Shown: piece by piece, positions 52,320-63,188 of the stretch | Numbering within the stretch: position 1 is the stretch's first letter | How the letters are laid out: each line of letters begins with the position of its first letter | Virus record (IMG/VR): IMGVR_UViG_3300025110_000007 | Location: 1-64,000 of that record | Length of the DNA stretch: 64,000 nucleotides | Source of the DNA: a virus | Strand: one strand, 5' to 3' | The notes under the pieces: generated by a model | Databases searched by the model: none | What the model saw: the letters and a program-made list of their open reading frames with translations, nothing else | What the model was told of the DNA's origin: nothing | Position numbers and translations under genes: made by a program

Positions 52320-54359
52320 TCAACAATGGAACAGGGTATCTGTGCTAATTACTTTTATGTGCTTTGGGTGCACCTTAATCTTGCTGTGGAGTAGTCCCTT
52401 ATCATCAGGTACAGGGATGGGAGCCTGTGTGATGACATAGTCGTCAATCAACAACCGCATCTGCTGGGCTCCGTTGCTGGCAGATGTGCTGGGCTTAGTG
52501 AAGAGCATCTCGATGATTGAACTGTCTGAGTTCACGGTGCCACTGACTTCACGATGTGTGCGGAGTTCATGCCATAGAAGCGGGTCACGAATAATGACAT
52601 CCATTTCCAACTCAAATTCTTCACGGCCTTCACGAATGATGGAAGCGTTTCTGGTACCACCGTATGGGACTTGTTTGATGGACCGATTAGCAGAGTCAAC
52701 GGTTTCTGGCACAGGCGTACCACCTACAACATGGAACGGCTCAACACCTGTCTTACCTCTCAATTCAAACGAAGAGATGTAGCCGATGTCTTGGTCGTAT
52801 GCTTTGATGCTACTGTTGTAAAACATGAATGGCTTCTCAGAACCCTTGGCTATGCCTGCTTCTTTGCGCCCCTTCGCATCTGTTGCTGTGTTTTGGAACA
52901 ACCTGTGAGCGGTGTACCTGTCACCTGCGTTGCTACTTTCCAAACGACCTGTGTCGGTGTAGCAAGAAAGCGCATCGAAGATGCACCGGTACTTAACCTC
53001 AGCATCAGTAGTGGCCGTCAATTCCCACTCAACAACTTTGCATCCACGGAAGATACGGGTCAGTTGCTTTGAATCAGTTGAGGAGCCGGGTGCGTTGCTG
53101 TTTTCTAAGGGGTACGAACCTACATCACGATTGCGAATGCTGTGCTCTATGCAGAAAGAAGGAACTGTTTCGGCAGAAAACAAGAGCCTACTGACGGGAT
53201 TTTGGATGCGCCCTGCATCATTTACATGAGGGCTTCCTGTGGAGTTATCAGAAGCAAATCTGAATGCATAGATACCGTCAGATGTAGTGTGTTCGTAATG
53301 AAGTGCATCATCAAGATAGCACCGATAATCACTGCTCCCAAGGTCTTCAATAGCAAGCACCCTGCGTATTTCACTGGTGACTGTTTGGTCGAAATGATGG
53401 CTCTCACTTGTGATGCCTGAACTGCCATGGGCAGGTGGCCAAAATTGCGAAGATGTCCCTTCGACACCCTTGTAATAGACAGTTGGTGCGAGAGTAGCAT
53501 CTTGGAAAAGAATGTAGTCACCCACTGCCAGAGTGTGACCATTGAAATCCAAACCATTGACATCAGCGTAGGTCTGTCCGGGGACGACTGTGGCTACCAA
53601 TGTGTTGGCCTTGCTATACCCGTTGGCAAGCAATGAGGTGTCGTTGATGGTTTCTCTGCCGAGGCTGTAATACAACCAACGAGGATTGTGAAGAGGCATC
53701 TCTATTTGACCGCCTCTGTGATGCACTCGTCCTGTTTGTTGCAGAGCCGCTTGTCGACCAAGACCTATGATGTGATGTCGAAGGAGTTCAACCTCAGTGT
53801 CGGGCAATTTCATGTGCGAAGCCAAGCCAATGAACTGGTCAATGGTCGATACCTCTTTGCTCGTAGTAGCGGCGCTGTTCATTGCAAAAGCAGTGTCTCC
53901 ACTGTAAATCGAAGGCAGTCCCAACGAATGGATGAAGAGTGAGTCACCAGTGTTGCTGGACCGAGCACTTGTTGCGTGTTCCAGTGCAGGAACAATTTTG
54001 ATTTGTGTTTCTGTACCAGAAAGCGTATGGTCCACAATTGAATACACCTTGCTGTCAAAACCGTCAGAATAAAAATCAACGAATTGCTGGGCTCCTCCTC
54101 CGACACCAGAGGGGTGGAAGGTCAACTTTTGACCAATAAGCATGCCAAGGGGTACCTTGAGGATGGTTTTTCCAGATTCAAAGATAGTGACATTGTCAGA
54201 GCCTACATTGGTCTTGAACGCCAGCGTAGTATAATCAGGAGTGCTGGCCGACCAAGTCGTCTGCCATGTACACGGTTGCCCTGACTGAATGTACAGTCCT
54301 GTTTCGTGTCCCATAAGGACTTCCGACACATCACCCTTGTACGCTTGGCTGGCAGACAT
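52320..54359 (-). CDS. Tail tube protein with inserted domains
   Basis: LPDTEVEL, PSFCIE, FRGCKV, EGREEFELE, IDDYVIT segments; position after neck genes. Confidence 0.65.
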   Translation of the reverse strand: MSASQAYKGDVSEVLMGHETGLYIQSGQPCTWQTTWSASTPDYTTLAFKTNVGSDNVTIFESGKTILKVPLGMLIGQKLTFHPSGVGGGAQQFVDFYSDGFDSKVYSIVDHTLSGTETQIKIVPALEHATSARSSNTGDSLFIHSLGLPSIYSGDTAFAMNSAATTSKEVSTIDQFIGLASHMKLPDTEVELLRHHIIGLGRQAALQQTGRVHHRGGQIEMPLHNPRWLYYSLGRETINDTSLLANGYSKANTLVATVVPGQTYADVNGLDFNGHTLAVGDYILFQDATLAPTVYYKGVEGTSSQFWPPAHGSSGITSESHHFDQTVTSEIRRVLAIEDLGSSDYRCYLDDALHYEHTTSDGIYAFRFASDNSTGSPHVNDAGRIQNPVSRLLFSAETVPSFCIEHSIRNRDVGSYPLENSNAPGSSTDSKQLTRIFRGCKVVEWELTATTDAEVKYRCIFDALSCYTDTGRLESSNAGDRYTAHRLFQNTATDAKGRKEAGIAKGSEKPFMFYNSSIKAYDQDIGYISSFELRGKTGVEPFHVVGGTPVPETVDSANRSIKQVPYGGTRNASIIREGREEFELEMDVIIRDPLLWHELRTHREVSGTVNSDSSIIEMLFTKPSTSASNGAQQMRLLIDDYVITQAPIPVPDDKGLLHSKIKVHPKHIKVISTDTLFHC

Positions 54360-54363
54360 GTTA

Positions 54364-54804
54364 TCACGCACCCACTGGGTCAGCCAGTACTACGACCTCA
54401 ACTTGAAAAGTGTGCCGGAAGAGTTTCTTCGTCCGGTCGCTCAAATCTGTTCTGGTCTTGAAAAGCATACGGTCAAAGTTGACGCCGTCGCCTTTCCTGT
54501 CAGCGTGTATCAAACGGCGCAGTTCATCTTCCATAAGGCGCAGGTGAGCACGGGACTTTGCTGTACGGATGTCAACAGTGATGTTGATACGGGTCATGAC
54601 AAAATTGTACAGGAGGTCAGGCACATCTTCGTTGTGCGCTGTTTCGTACAGAAGAACGAAGTCCGAGCGTTGCAAGTCCTGTCGCTTACCTCGTTCAGGC
54701 GTAGCGTCAGCAATGTCGAGGATGACTGGCTTGATGTTTTTTGTGTTGGCCCTGTTCCACTTCTCAAGTGTTTCGATAACGAGGTCGAGTGCTTCCTTTG
54801 CCAT
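54364..54804 (-). CDS. Tail terminator/completion-like protein
   Basis: 146 aa immediately upstream of the tail tube gene. Confidence 0.55.
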   Translation of the reverse strand: MAKEALDLVIETLEKWNRANTKNIKPVILDIADATPERGKRQDLQRSDFVLLYETAHNEDVPDLLYNFVMTRINITVDIRTAKSRAHLRLMEDELRRLIHADRKGDGVNFDRMLFKTRTDLSDRTKKLFRHTFQVEVVVLADPVGA

Positions 54805-54813
54805 ACATAACCC

Positions 54814-56457
54814 TCACTCAAACACAACGACTTCTTTGTAGCGAGTCAAAATTGAATTGGCTTCCTTCTTCCACATCTCTGCCTTTTGTGCAAGCGTGAT
54901 GTTCTGACTGCCTTCTGGGATGAGTACGCTTCTGTCGTCAGCCATGATGAGGTCGACGGCGACGAGTTTAGTTGCCGCTTCTTCGATTGCCTTTTCCAAG
55001 TACCGCTCGCCATAGATGTAGGATGCTTTGATTGCGTTGAACTCAAAGAACGGGTACGAGTTGTTGAAGTAAATGATACCCATTTCGTGGTCGAGCCACC
55101 AGTCCTTGAGTCGACCTTGGTCACCACCAGCATCAGAAAACGCCCCAATGTCTGATTGGAATTTATGCTGTGTCCAATCAAAGGTGTCATCGTCACTGAA
55201 TGTACCATGCAACAAAATACCTTGGCTGAGCACTGTGCCGCTGTTAGCACGATAGCCGATGATGCAGACCCCTCCTTCGGGGTTCACTCCTCTGACTATA
55301 CCATAGTCAAGGAAAGAGGACGAGTCAGTAAATGTAATGGTAAAGGCACCTGCTCCCGGCGTAGCATCAATCGTTCCTGATGCTTCAACAGAAGTGGTCT
55401 GTGAAATCGCCAAATTAGTCGAGTCGCTCACAGCAATCGAAGCAGACTCACCTCCCTTGGTCTGGCGCATGCTTGTAATTTTCAACTTGCCGTTGCCGTA
55501 ATCTGAGTTGGCTGTGGCTAAGAACTCATGATTGACAAACATACTGCGTGAGCCTGTTGATGTCGAAGCATCGGGGAGTGTGAAGGTCGTGCCGTCAGGA
55601 CTTGCAAAGGACGCTGTTGTGTCAAATGCAACAGTGCCTCTTCCAGTGCGGTCCTCGTGGTTTATCAAATCCGCAAGATTCTGAGCGGCTGTGACTTTGT
55701 CGAATGTGGCATCCCATTGCTGGGTGCCTGTACCTACTGCCAACTTGGCAAAGCCTCCTCCTCCGGGTGACATGTACACAGCATCGCTTGCAAGTGCTGT
55801 GTAATCAACAATTTCAAGACGGGCCTCTGCTGAACCAATCTCACGATAGTTCTCGCCCTGCCACATCTCAATGCGCAAGACTTGCTGAACATTGCGGAAG
55901 AGCAGTGGGGCTGTACCAACATAGTCAGTAAAGTACCGTCGACGGTACGGCTTGTAGGTGTCGAAGTTGATGTACTCGGCGGCCACAATATAGGGTCGCC
56001 AAGCATTGTGAGTGTAATTGTCGATACGGTCCTGTACTTCTTTGATACGCTGTTCGACATGTGCTTTGGTCACGCCACGGCGCTTGGCTGTGAATGACGC
56101 TGTGTTTTGTACATAGGTGTTCTTTGCCACTGTGTATGTAGCGGCAGTGACTGTGCCACTTTCAAAGGGCAACTTGACACCTGTGGTGTGCGAAGTAGGC
56201 GCAGATATTTTCTTTTCAAAACCCAACGGGTCATCATCAGAATAGACGAAGATAGTATCACCTGCACTAAACCCGTGTTCACGGAAGTCATTACCTGTGA
56301 CAAACACGCCGTCTGTTGCAGAGTCTGCGCCTACGAGAACAGCCTCTCCCGGTCCAACACCAAGAAGGTCTGCTACCTTCTGTGCGTTTGTGTACACAAT
56401 CTCCTCTGGATGCAGAGGACGGGTTTCGACCTCACCGGGACTGAATACTGCTGGCAT
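54814..56457 (-). CDS. Head-tail adaptor/neck protein with insertions
   Basis: YTNAQKV, QDRIDNYTHNAWR, SYIYG...AIEEAATKLVA. Confidence 0.6.
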   Translation of the reverse strand: MPAVFSPGEVETRPLHPEEIVYTNAQKVADLLGVGPGEAVLVGADSATDGVFVTGNDFREHGFSAGDTIFVYSDDDPLGFEKKISAPTSHTTGVKLPFESGTVTAATYTVAKNTYVQNTASFTAKRRGVTKAHVEQRIKEVQDRIDNYTHNAWRPYIVAAEYINFDTYKPYRRRYFTDYVGTAPLLFRNVQQVLRIEMWQGENYREIGSAEARLEIVDYTALASDAVYMSPGGGGFAKLAVGTGTQQWDATFDKVTAAQNLADLINHEDRTGRGTVAFDTTASFASPDGTTFTLPDASTSTGSRSMFVNHEFLATANSDYGNGKLKITSMRQTKGGESASIAVSDSTNLAISQTTSVEASGTIDATPGAGAFTITFTDSSSFLDYGIVRGVNPEGGVCIIGYRANSGTVLSQGILLHGTFSDDDTFDWTQHKFQSDIGAFSDAGGDQGRLKDWWLDHEMGIIYFNNSYPFFEFNAIKASYIYGERYLEKAIEEAATKLVAVDLIMADDRSVLIPEGSQNITLAQKAEMWKKEANSILTRYKEVVVFE

Positions 56458-56463
56458 CGAACA

Positions 56464-58890
56464 TCACACGCCCTTGTAGTACAAGTCGTGTTGGATTCCT
56501 TTTAGAAGTTGCGTTCCAAGTGACATTGGGAAACCTGTTTCAACATTATCAGGATTCATTGCTTCGTTGATGAGTCTTGCAATCCTTTCTTCGTCGGTTT
56601 CTGGCTCTGGCGGAGGTGGTGCATTTTGTCCTTGAGTAAAGTCGATGGCAGGAGTGTTTGCTTCATACTTTTCATCACGCCGTTGACCTCTTTCGTTGAG
56701 GCGTTGTATCTTTGCATCAGGTTGGACTGCTCCGACTCTGTCGAGTGTGCTGTCAAAGGCTCGTGCTTCTGCACTCTGCTCTGCCGTGACTGGCATGACT
56801 GCTCCACGAGCCTGACTTGGAAGACCTTGGATTGGTGCGTCCGGGTCGAATCCTCCACGCTTTGCTCCGGCTCTAAGTTCGGATGGTGCGTTTTCCATGT
56901 CCACAACATTACCTCGCTGGAAGTCCCGAGCAAGACCAGCAAGACCAGCAGTAGGTGCAGGAGTACCAGCCGCTCTGCGAGCACCCGACCTTCCTTCTAT
57001 GATGGCTTGTAGTGACAATTCAGCAGTGTTTTTCTCCTGAATTTTTCGCTGTAAATCTGCTTCCATTCGTTCTTGCATGGGGTTCTTACGACCTCTCTGT
57101 CGCAGTTGTGCTGTTTTTTCGCCTTGTTCTGCAATCAGTTCGCGCTGAGCATTTACCGCTTCTCTCAATCGTTGAACCGTGCTCCTTGCCTCATCAATGT
57201 TCACTCCGCCTTCAAGTCCAGCACGGGATTGCATAGCCTCTTCGACTGTCCTGTCGTATTCACTTTGTACAATACCGGTTAGGTCATCAGGCCTTTCTGC
57301 CTCGGCTCTTTGGTGAATCATCATAGCAGATTGAAGAGCGTCTTCAATAGGGTCGTCTGTTCGTTCTGTACCAAAACCGAATTGGGTGGCAGGGGTACCG
57401 AACATTTCATCAGCCTTATCTTGAGTCATCAAAGGTCGCTCTGCTCCGGCCTCATATCCTCCTTGCTCTTCAAATCTCTTCTCTTCTGATTCGGCAAATT
57501 CACGACGGGCCCTGTCATCAGCCAAATCAATTGCATCAAGCCGGTTTAAAGCGAAATTCCTGAATCGTTCAAATTCTTTTGGATTTGCCTGTGCCTTGTC
57601 TGCACCAAATGTGTTTAGGATTCGTTGGTCCAACCGTGAAGACTGTGTTTCAGAATCAGGCTTGCGTTGAACTACACCTTGTACATCGACCTTTTCTCCT
57701 TGTCCTACGGTGAGTTCTTGGAGGTCTTCTGCACTCATTCCCAAATTAGGACTGCTTGCCTGTTGCATGAGTTCTCGCAACTGTTGTTCCATTCTTTGTT
57801 GAACAGGGTTTTCAGCCCCTTGTCGACCTAATTCAGCAGTTCTTTCTTTTTCTGCTTCTATGCCTTCTTGTAATTGACGAATTCGCGGGCCAAGGTCTTG
57901 TTGCACCATATCGTCATCATCACTCATTCGGTCTATTTCTCCAAACGCCGTCGCTAAGGTAGGATTTCCTTCGGGAATAGCATCGGGGAAATGCTCCCGC
58001 ATCATTTCCACAGCAAGTTGTTCTTGCTGACTTGGGACAGTGACTTGAGGGAAATTGCGCTTTACTTGTGCAAGTGCTTCCTCGGGTGTTGTTGGTATGC
58101 TCTTGTCTGTGACAGCCAGCCCTTGTGAGTTGATGATATGAGCCAGTACTTCAGGGTCTTCCCGCATAGAATGCAAAGCCATGGCAACTTCCATGAATTC
58201 TCTTTGTTGCTTATCCTCTTCGGTCGTAATACCTGTACGCTCCATCAGACGGGTATAACCAAAAAGTTGAGCGGCCCTATCAGGGTTTGCATTAATATAT
58301 CTACGAAGTAATCTACTCATAGGTATTGTATCTCGTGGCCCATTTTTTGAACGGAATAAATCATTTGTACCCGACGGGTCCTGTACAAGCATGTTGTGGC
58401 TAATGCCTGCGCCTTCTGCTCCTCCCTCTTGATTTTCGATAACGATTCTTTTCAATTTACCGTTTTCGGTCAGCACCTTACGAGCCTTTGCTCCAAGGCC
58501 GTACTTGAAGCCGGGTGGGATAGCAACAGACTCGGCGTCTGGTTGCATTGATGCAGACGGTTGTGCTTCGGTAGGAGGAGATGCCGAAGTACCACTAAGA
58601 GCAATGTTTGGTAGTACTTCCTCAGTGAACTTCTTTCCTTCACGGATGTTGGCAGTCTGCTGTCTGCGCTTCTTTTCGGTTTCTCTTGCAACTTCTTCAC
58701 CCAACTCCGCCGCCCTTTGTTCGGGAGTTTTCTTTGCCTGTTCGGCTAAAGATTCTGGTGTTATACCCATGCGGTCAAGAATATCTTGTTTAATCCGCTC
58801 TCTTTCTTCCTTGCTACTACTGCCTGAAAAATTACGCATAGCCTCATCGTCTTTGTCGCCCATTCCTTTGCGTACAAGTATTCTGCTCAT
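56464..58890 (-). CDS. 808-aa acidic helical protein, possible internal head protein
   Basis: E/Q/R-rich, internal repeat, in the head gene block. Confidence 0.6.
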   Translation of the reverse strand: MSRILVRKGMGDKDDEAMRNFSGSSSKEERERIKQDILDRMGITPESLAEQAKKTPEQRAAELGEEVARETEKKRRQQTANIREGKKFTEEVLPNIALSGTSASPPTEAQPSASMQPDAESVAIPPGFKYGLGAKARKVLTENGKLKRIVIENQEGGAEGAGISHNMLVQDPSGTNDLFRSKNGPRDTIPMSRLLRRYINANPDRAAQLFGYTRLMERTGITTEEDKQQREFMEVAMALHSMREDPEVLAHIINSQGLAVTDKSIPTTPEEALAQVKRNFPQVTVPSQQEQLAVEMMREHFPDAIPEGNPTLATAFGEIDRMSDDDDMVQQDLGPRIRQLQEGIEAEKERTAELGRQGAENPVQQRMEQQLRELMQQASSPNLGMSAEDLQELTVGQGEKVDVQGVVQRKPDSETQSSRLDQRILNTFGADKAQANPKEFERFRNFALNRLDAIDLADDRARREFAESEEKRFEEQGGYEAGAERPLMTQDKADEMFGTPATQFGFGTERTDDPIEDALQSAMMIHQRAEAERPDDLTGIVQSEYDRTVEEAMQSRAGLEGGVNIDEARSTVQRLREAVNAQRELIAEQGEKTAQLRQRGRKNPMQERMEADLQRKIQEKNTAELSLQAIIEGRSGARRAAGTPAPTAGLAGLARDFQRGNVVDMENAPSELRAGAKRGGFDPDAPIQGLPSQARGAVMPVTAEQSAEARAFDSTLDRVGAVQPDAKIQRLNERGQRRDEKYEANTPAIDFTQGQNAPPPPEPETDEERIARLINEAMNPDNVETGFPMSLGTQLLKGIQHDLYYKGV

Positions 58891-58895
58891 TCATG

Positions 58896-59189
58896 TCACG
58901 CTCCAGATTCATCGTGTGTTCCAAGGTTGAAGTCCATTTTTTGACCACAGGTTCGACATTTGTCGACCCAACAGAAGTACAGCATGCCGCACGCCTTACA
59001 CCGTGTACCTGAGCCAATGTTCATAACATCTGCGGCTTTACTGGTACGAACCCGTTGCTTTTGGGTGATGCCCTCTAACGGACGCTCTGTGTTAAACACT
59101 GAGCCACTGCCGTAAGATTCTGCAAGGCGGATGCCACGCTTCTGCAAGCGTTCGATTTCTTCCAAGCCAAGGTTGTTTTGTGACTCCAT
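58896..59189 (-). CDS. Zn-finger protein
   Basis: CKAC...CRTC. Confidence 0.7.
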   Translation of the reverse strand: MESQNNLGLEEIERLQKRGIRLAESYGSGSVFNTERPLEGITQKQRVRTSKAADVMNIGSGTRCKACGMLYFCWVDKCRTCGQKMDFNLGTHDESGA

Positions 59190-59198
59190 TCAATCGCC

Positions 59199-59417
59199 TC
59201 AGACTGTGTAGGTGAGGAGGAAGTAATGGTTGCCAAGTGACATGAAAGGCTCGATAGTGACAAGAGCGGTAGTGTTTGCGGCGGCTACACCAAGAGCACC
59301 TGTGCCACCAGTGGCACGAATGTCTGCTTGGATGAGCGCAGTTGCCGTACCATCAGCCATAGCACGAGGGCTATAAGGGCCGATGACTCGGGTTCCATAT
59401 CCACTGAGTACTGCCAT
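59199..59417 (-). CDS. Small putative virion protein
   Basis: GAGGTGA SD; head block. Confidence 0.6.
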   Translation of the reverse strand: MAVLSGYGTRVIGPYSPRAMADGTATALIQADIRATGGTGALGVAAANTTALVTIEPFMSLGNHYFLLTYTV

Positions 59418-59428
59418 CGTTGGTCACC

Positions 59429-59737
59429 TCAAGAGCGGCGACCAATTGCAATGAATGTACCTGCGGCTGTGCCGCCGCCACCTGTTTGAAGTGGGTCCAG
59501 AATTGTAATCGTGGTTCCACTAACAGCGATTTGGTTGTTCATGTTGAGCACAATTTCTGCGGCACTGTTTCCCGCTTCGGGTAAAGAAACGCTAATTGCG
59601 GCACTGTTTGTGCCAGCAAAGTCAATGCTTGAGAGTTGAGAACTCAAATTGATAGTCGTATCACCTGCTTCATAAGAACCTGTGATTACCATTCGGTCAC
59701 CGAAAACGGTTGGTCGGGGGTCAATTGTAATAGCCAT
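59429..59737 (-). CDS. Putative capsid decoration/virion protein
   Basis: Beta-rich, 102 aa, downstream of the capsid gene. Confidence 0.55.
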   Translation of the reverse strand: MAITIDPRPTVFGDRMVITGSYEAGDTTINLSSQLSSIDFAGTNSAAISVSLPEAGNSAAEIVLNMNNQIAVSGTTITILDPLQTGGGGTAAGTFIAIGRRS

Positions 59738-60156
59738 TATTGTTCATCTCCTGTTGTTGATTCTGGTTGTGCCTCTGCGGGTTCTTCTGCGACTGGCGCA
59801 GGTTCTTCCGGCTCTGGTACAGGCTCTGGTGCGGGTTCTGGGTTAAGAACATTTTCGACCATGCCAAGGAGGGTTGCTTTGGTTGCATACTTGCCAACCG
59901 TTGCACCGTTGTCCTTTAGCCAAGCCGTGATGTCCTTTCGTGTCCATCCCTCATCAGGTAAGCCATCTTCACCGAGGTCTGTGGTCACAGGTTCTGGATT
60001 GTCGCCTTCGATTCTCCACCATTTGGCAGAGAACCGGTGACGGTATTGATTCAAGAACTCCTGTGTCACTTCCAAGGGTTGGTGACGGATTGCCACCAAT
60101 CGTGTACAAGGAACCCTTCGTTCATAGAAGGGGCCAAGTGAAGTCACCGTAGGCAA
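59737..60156 (-). CDS. Protein with HeH/LEM-like motif and Pro/Glu-rich tail
   Basis: WTRKDITAWLKDNG...ATKATLL; PEPAPEPVPEPEEP. Confidence 0.6.
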   Translation of the reverse strand: MPTVTSLGPFYERRVPCTRLVAIRHQPLEVTQEFLNQYRHRFSAKWWRIEGDNPEPVTTDLGEDGLPDEGWTRKDITAWLKDNGATVGKYATKATLLGMVENVLNPEPAPEPVPEPEEPAPVAEEPAEAQPESTTGDEQ

Positions 60157-60165
60157 TTAACCACC

Positions 60166-60558
60166 TCAGTTATACATCACCAAAACGCTCGATGTGTTAG
60201 CCGAGCCACTTAGGTATTGTAGAGTAATGGTTAGGCTTGATACGCTTGCGCCCACTGATACAGCGGCAGTGCCGGTATCGGTTGTAAATGCACCCAAGAT
60301 GGAAGTAATTCCACCTGATAGGATGATTGTTTCGCCGTCTGCTCCGCCAGTGACGCTGATAAGTGCCATCTTTGGTGCTGGGTCGTAGCCGTTTGCTCCA
60401 TCGCTGTTAGAAGCGTTGAAGGTTCCCGGTCCACCGCCGGGGTATGCGACATCTGCCGCTCCGTCTAACCACTCTGTGGTGCTTTGAGAGCCTGCTCGTA
60501 GTTCCCATGCTCCAACGAGTGTTGCTGTTGCTGTTCCTGCTAATGATAATTCTTGCAT
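60166..60558 (-). CDS. Putative capsid decoration/virion protein
   Basis: G/S/T/A-rich, directly after the capsid gene. Confidence 0.6.
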   Translation of the reverse strand: MQELSLAGTATATLVGAWELRAGSQSTTEWLDGAADVAYPGGGPGTFNASNSDGANGYDPAPKMALISVTGGADGETIILSGGITSILGAFTTDTGTAAVSVGASVSSLTITLQYLSGSANTSSVLVMYN

Positions 60559-60595
60559 AATTTTTCATCTCCATGTTGTTTGTTCACCATCAATC

Positions 60596-61780
60596 TCAAG
60601 ACAAGTCTCGGATTGAACCATGACCTCCAAAGAAAGTTGTCCAGACTTCACCCATTGTTCGGTAAAGTCCCTCTTGACCGAGGCGGTTAATGGCGAATGG
60701 GTCACCGGTTTCAATACCAGACTCGTAGTACTGAGTTGGTTTTGCAACACTAAAGTGAAGGTAGTCAGTGTCCAAGAAGTACATTCGGCTGATGCCGTCT
60801 GCTGAAACATCCTTAGATGGAATGATTGGGACGCCGTTGTAGGTAGCGACGATGAATCCGGCTTCGATACCGGGAACACCCTTGACGCCACCCATGGTTG
60901 GGGTCACACGCTTTTCTTCCATGAACCGCTGTTGGCTCTGGAGGAGTTGTTGCAGGCGCATCAAAGTGTCATATCCTGTGAGGATGACCTTTGGATTGCC
61001 ACCACGGACCCAAATCTTCTGGAAGATGTCGTCGATGTGGTCGAGGCTGAGAACACGCTCAGTCAATCCAGCGTCGGAAGCGACATTGACTTCTGCGTCG
61101 GACCAAGTGTTTGCACTTCGGTCGATGCTGTAAATGTCAAGGTCAGATGCGGCGCTCACATGCGCAGTGTGAGTAGTGGAAGAGCCACCGCTCACGGTTG
61201 CGGCATATCCAGTACCGGTGCTGTCCATGGTGCTTGCGGCGGTGATTCGGTCCAAGGACTCGTAATCGTTGCCAGCAGGAGTGTCAACATCTTGCAAAAG
61301 CATCTTGTTGATTTCCTCTGCGTGGTGCTTGCCCATTTCCTCTTTGAGGACGGAGCGGATGTCACCAAGACCGTCATCCTTGTCGTTAAGGAAGATTGCA
61401 ACTTCGCTCATGTCGAAGGTGTGTGCAATGGTCTTTGGCTTTGCGGCAATGTGTTGGAAGGTAGGCTTGGTGGTTTCTGGAAGTGTTCCATTCTCAGCAA
61501 TGCCGCCACCCTTGGTTGAGTCAGGGCGAGCGGTCACGACACGCCATCCAGAGCGGTCCCAAGGCTTCTTGGGCAAGATGCTGAATGCGTTGAATTCTTG
61601 GTTGAGTTGGGACCACACTTTGCGTCCGTAGATTGCTTGGTAGGTACCAGCAGTCGTCGAGAGCATTGGTGCGTCAGCCTTCAGAAGTTCGCTACCGGAG
61701 TATGCGTAGCCCATGTTTGAGCCTGCACCGTAGTAGTAGCGTTCCATATCGTTAATTGTTCGTAGGTAATTTCGTGCCAT
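60596..61780 (-). CDS. Major capsid protein (HK97 fold)
   Basis: 394 aa after the protease; AENGTLP, KTIAH, ATYNGVPII, YFLDT. Confidence 0.88.
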   Translation of the reverse strand: MARNYLRTINDMERYYYGAGSNMGYAYSGSELLKADAPMLSTTAGTYQAIYGRKVWSQLNQEFNAFSILPKKPWDRSGWRVVTARPDSTKGGGIAENGTLPETTKPTFQHIAAKPKTIAHTFDMSEVAIFLNDKDDGLGDIRSVLKEEMGKHHAEEINKMLLQDVDTPAGNDYESLDRITAASTMDSTGTGYAATVSGGSSTTHTAHVSAASDLDIYSIDRSANTWSDAEVNVASDAGLTERVLSLDHIDDIFQKIWVRGGNPKVILTGYDTLMRLQQLLQSQQRFMEEKRVTPTMGGVKGVPGIEAGFIVATYNGVPIIPSKDVSADGISRMYFLDTDYLHFSVAKPTQYYESGIETGDPFAINRLGQEGLYRTMGEVWTTFFGGHGSIRDLS

Positions 61781-61793
61781 ATATTATTCCTCC

Positions 61794-63188
61794 TCATTCA
61801 AATGCTTTCCCCGCAAGACTGTGGACTTCGTCCCAAGACATGTTTGCGAGGTCTTCGGTTGAAGGGACATTGATGGTTGGTGCGGCGGCCGACTTGCGGA
61901 TGCTTGCACCTTCGGCGGAGCCGAGGTTGTCGATGCGACTGCTCAAGGAGGCGATTGCCTTCTCGATAGAAGCAAGTGGTTGGCGTGCGTCAAATTCTTG
62001 AGCACGGCGGGATTCGACCTCTGCGGTCTGTTCCTTGGCGAGTCGGTCAGCGAACACAGTTCCAAGAGAGGACTTGAGTTGCTTTTCGATGGATGCGGCC
62101 TTGTAGGCTTCGTATGCCATCTCGACTTGAGCGGAGGTAAGGTCGGCTGGGTGAAGGTAGCCCTTTGCAACATCTGCTTTGGAGCCACTGTTCAAGGCGG
62201 AGATTGCACCAGTCGATGGGTTGCCACCTTCTTGGGCACGGCCTTTGACTTGTCCAGCGAAGTATTCAGCACCGTCAACGGACGATGGGTTGTCGAAGCC
62301 ACCAAGTTGTGCCTTCTCCAAGTTGTCGAAATGAGAGCGTGCCCCAGCGGTATCAACACCAGCAGATTTGAGGGTGTTTTCCATCCAGTTGAGGTAGTCA
62401 GATGAGATGACATCGCTGTATTCGGATTTTGCGGCCATGTCGTGGTCGCCACCGTACATTTTGTCTTCCTTGTCCTTGTCTTCGGACATTTCTTTGCCCT
62501 TGTCTTCGGAAGGTTTATCTTCATCTTTTTCTTCTTTCTTATCATCCTTCATGGCTTCAAATGGGTTTTCGCCCTTCTCCATTCCATCAAGTCGCATGTT
62601 GATTCTGTCCAGTACGGACGATAGTTCATTCATTGTTGTGTCTTCTGTCATATTCGTGTCCTCCTTTAGAATTCTAAAGGTTGCTTCTGGGTTGATTCCC
62701 TTTTCGCAAATCGTCACTTCGTGGAGTTCTAACTTGGAGATTTCAGTGTAATCTCCATGCTTTGAATCGGATTTGTTGACACGCTTGAAAGCCTGTCCTC
62801 CGATACTGAACCCCCGTAGGGCACCCTTGCGAATTTCATTGGCCACTTCTCGGGCCTTTTCGATGTCATCACGAAGTTTGATGACAACAAAGAGTCCGGC
62901 ATCATCAACGCCGGATTTCCAAAGTCGTCCACTGCTATCAGTGTAAGAGTCGATAACCGACCCGACTTGGATGTTGGAATGTGCGAGTTGCACATTGCGG
63001 AAGTCTTCTGCTTTCATGAACCCGCCAAATGCATCCTTTAGTGCATCACGGGTGATGAGGTCGCCTTGCTTGTCGACCATTTCGACGGAAGCATATCCTG
63101 CGACAACAAGGTCTTGACCGCTCTTCAAAATAGAAATACTACCTTCTTGGGAGAAGGGAGTGGTTCTGAGTGAAGTCGCCATGACCAT
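61794..63188 (-). CDS. HK97-family prohead protease with C-terminal scaffold-like region
   Basis: VAGYASVEMVDKQGD, H, GFSIGG, LHEVTICEKGINPEA. Confidence 0.9.
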   Translation of the reverse strand: MVMATSLRTTPFSQEGSISILKSGQDLVVAGYASVEMVDKQGDLITRDALKDAFGGFMKAEDFRNVQLAHSNIQVGSVIDSYTDSSGRLWKSGVDDAGLFVVIKLRDDIEKAREVANEIRKGALRGFSIGGQAFKRVNKSDSKHGDYTEISKLELHEVTICEKGINPEATFRILKEDTNMTEDTTMNELSSVLDRINMRLDGMEKGENPFEAMKDDKKEEKDEDKPSEDKGKEMSEDKDKEDKMYGGDHDMAAKSEYSDVISSDYLNWMENTLKSAGVDTAGARSHFDNLEKAQLGGFDNPSSVDGAEYFAGQVKGRAQEGGNPSTGAISALNSGSKADVAKGYLHPADLTSAQVEMAYEAYKAASIEKQLKSSLGTVFADRLAKEQTAEVESRRAQEFDARQPLASIEKAIASLSSRIDNLGSAEGASIRKSAAAPTINVPSTEDLANMSWDEVHSLAGKAFE

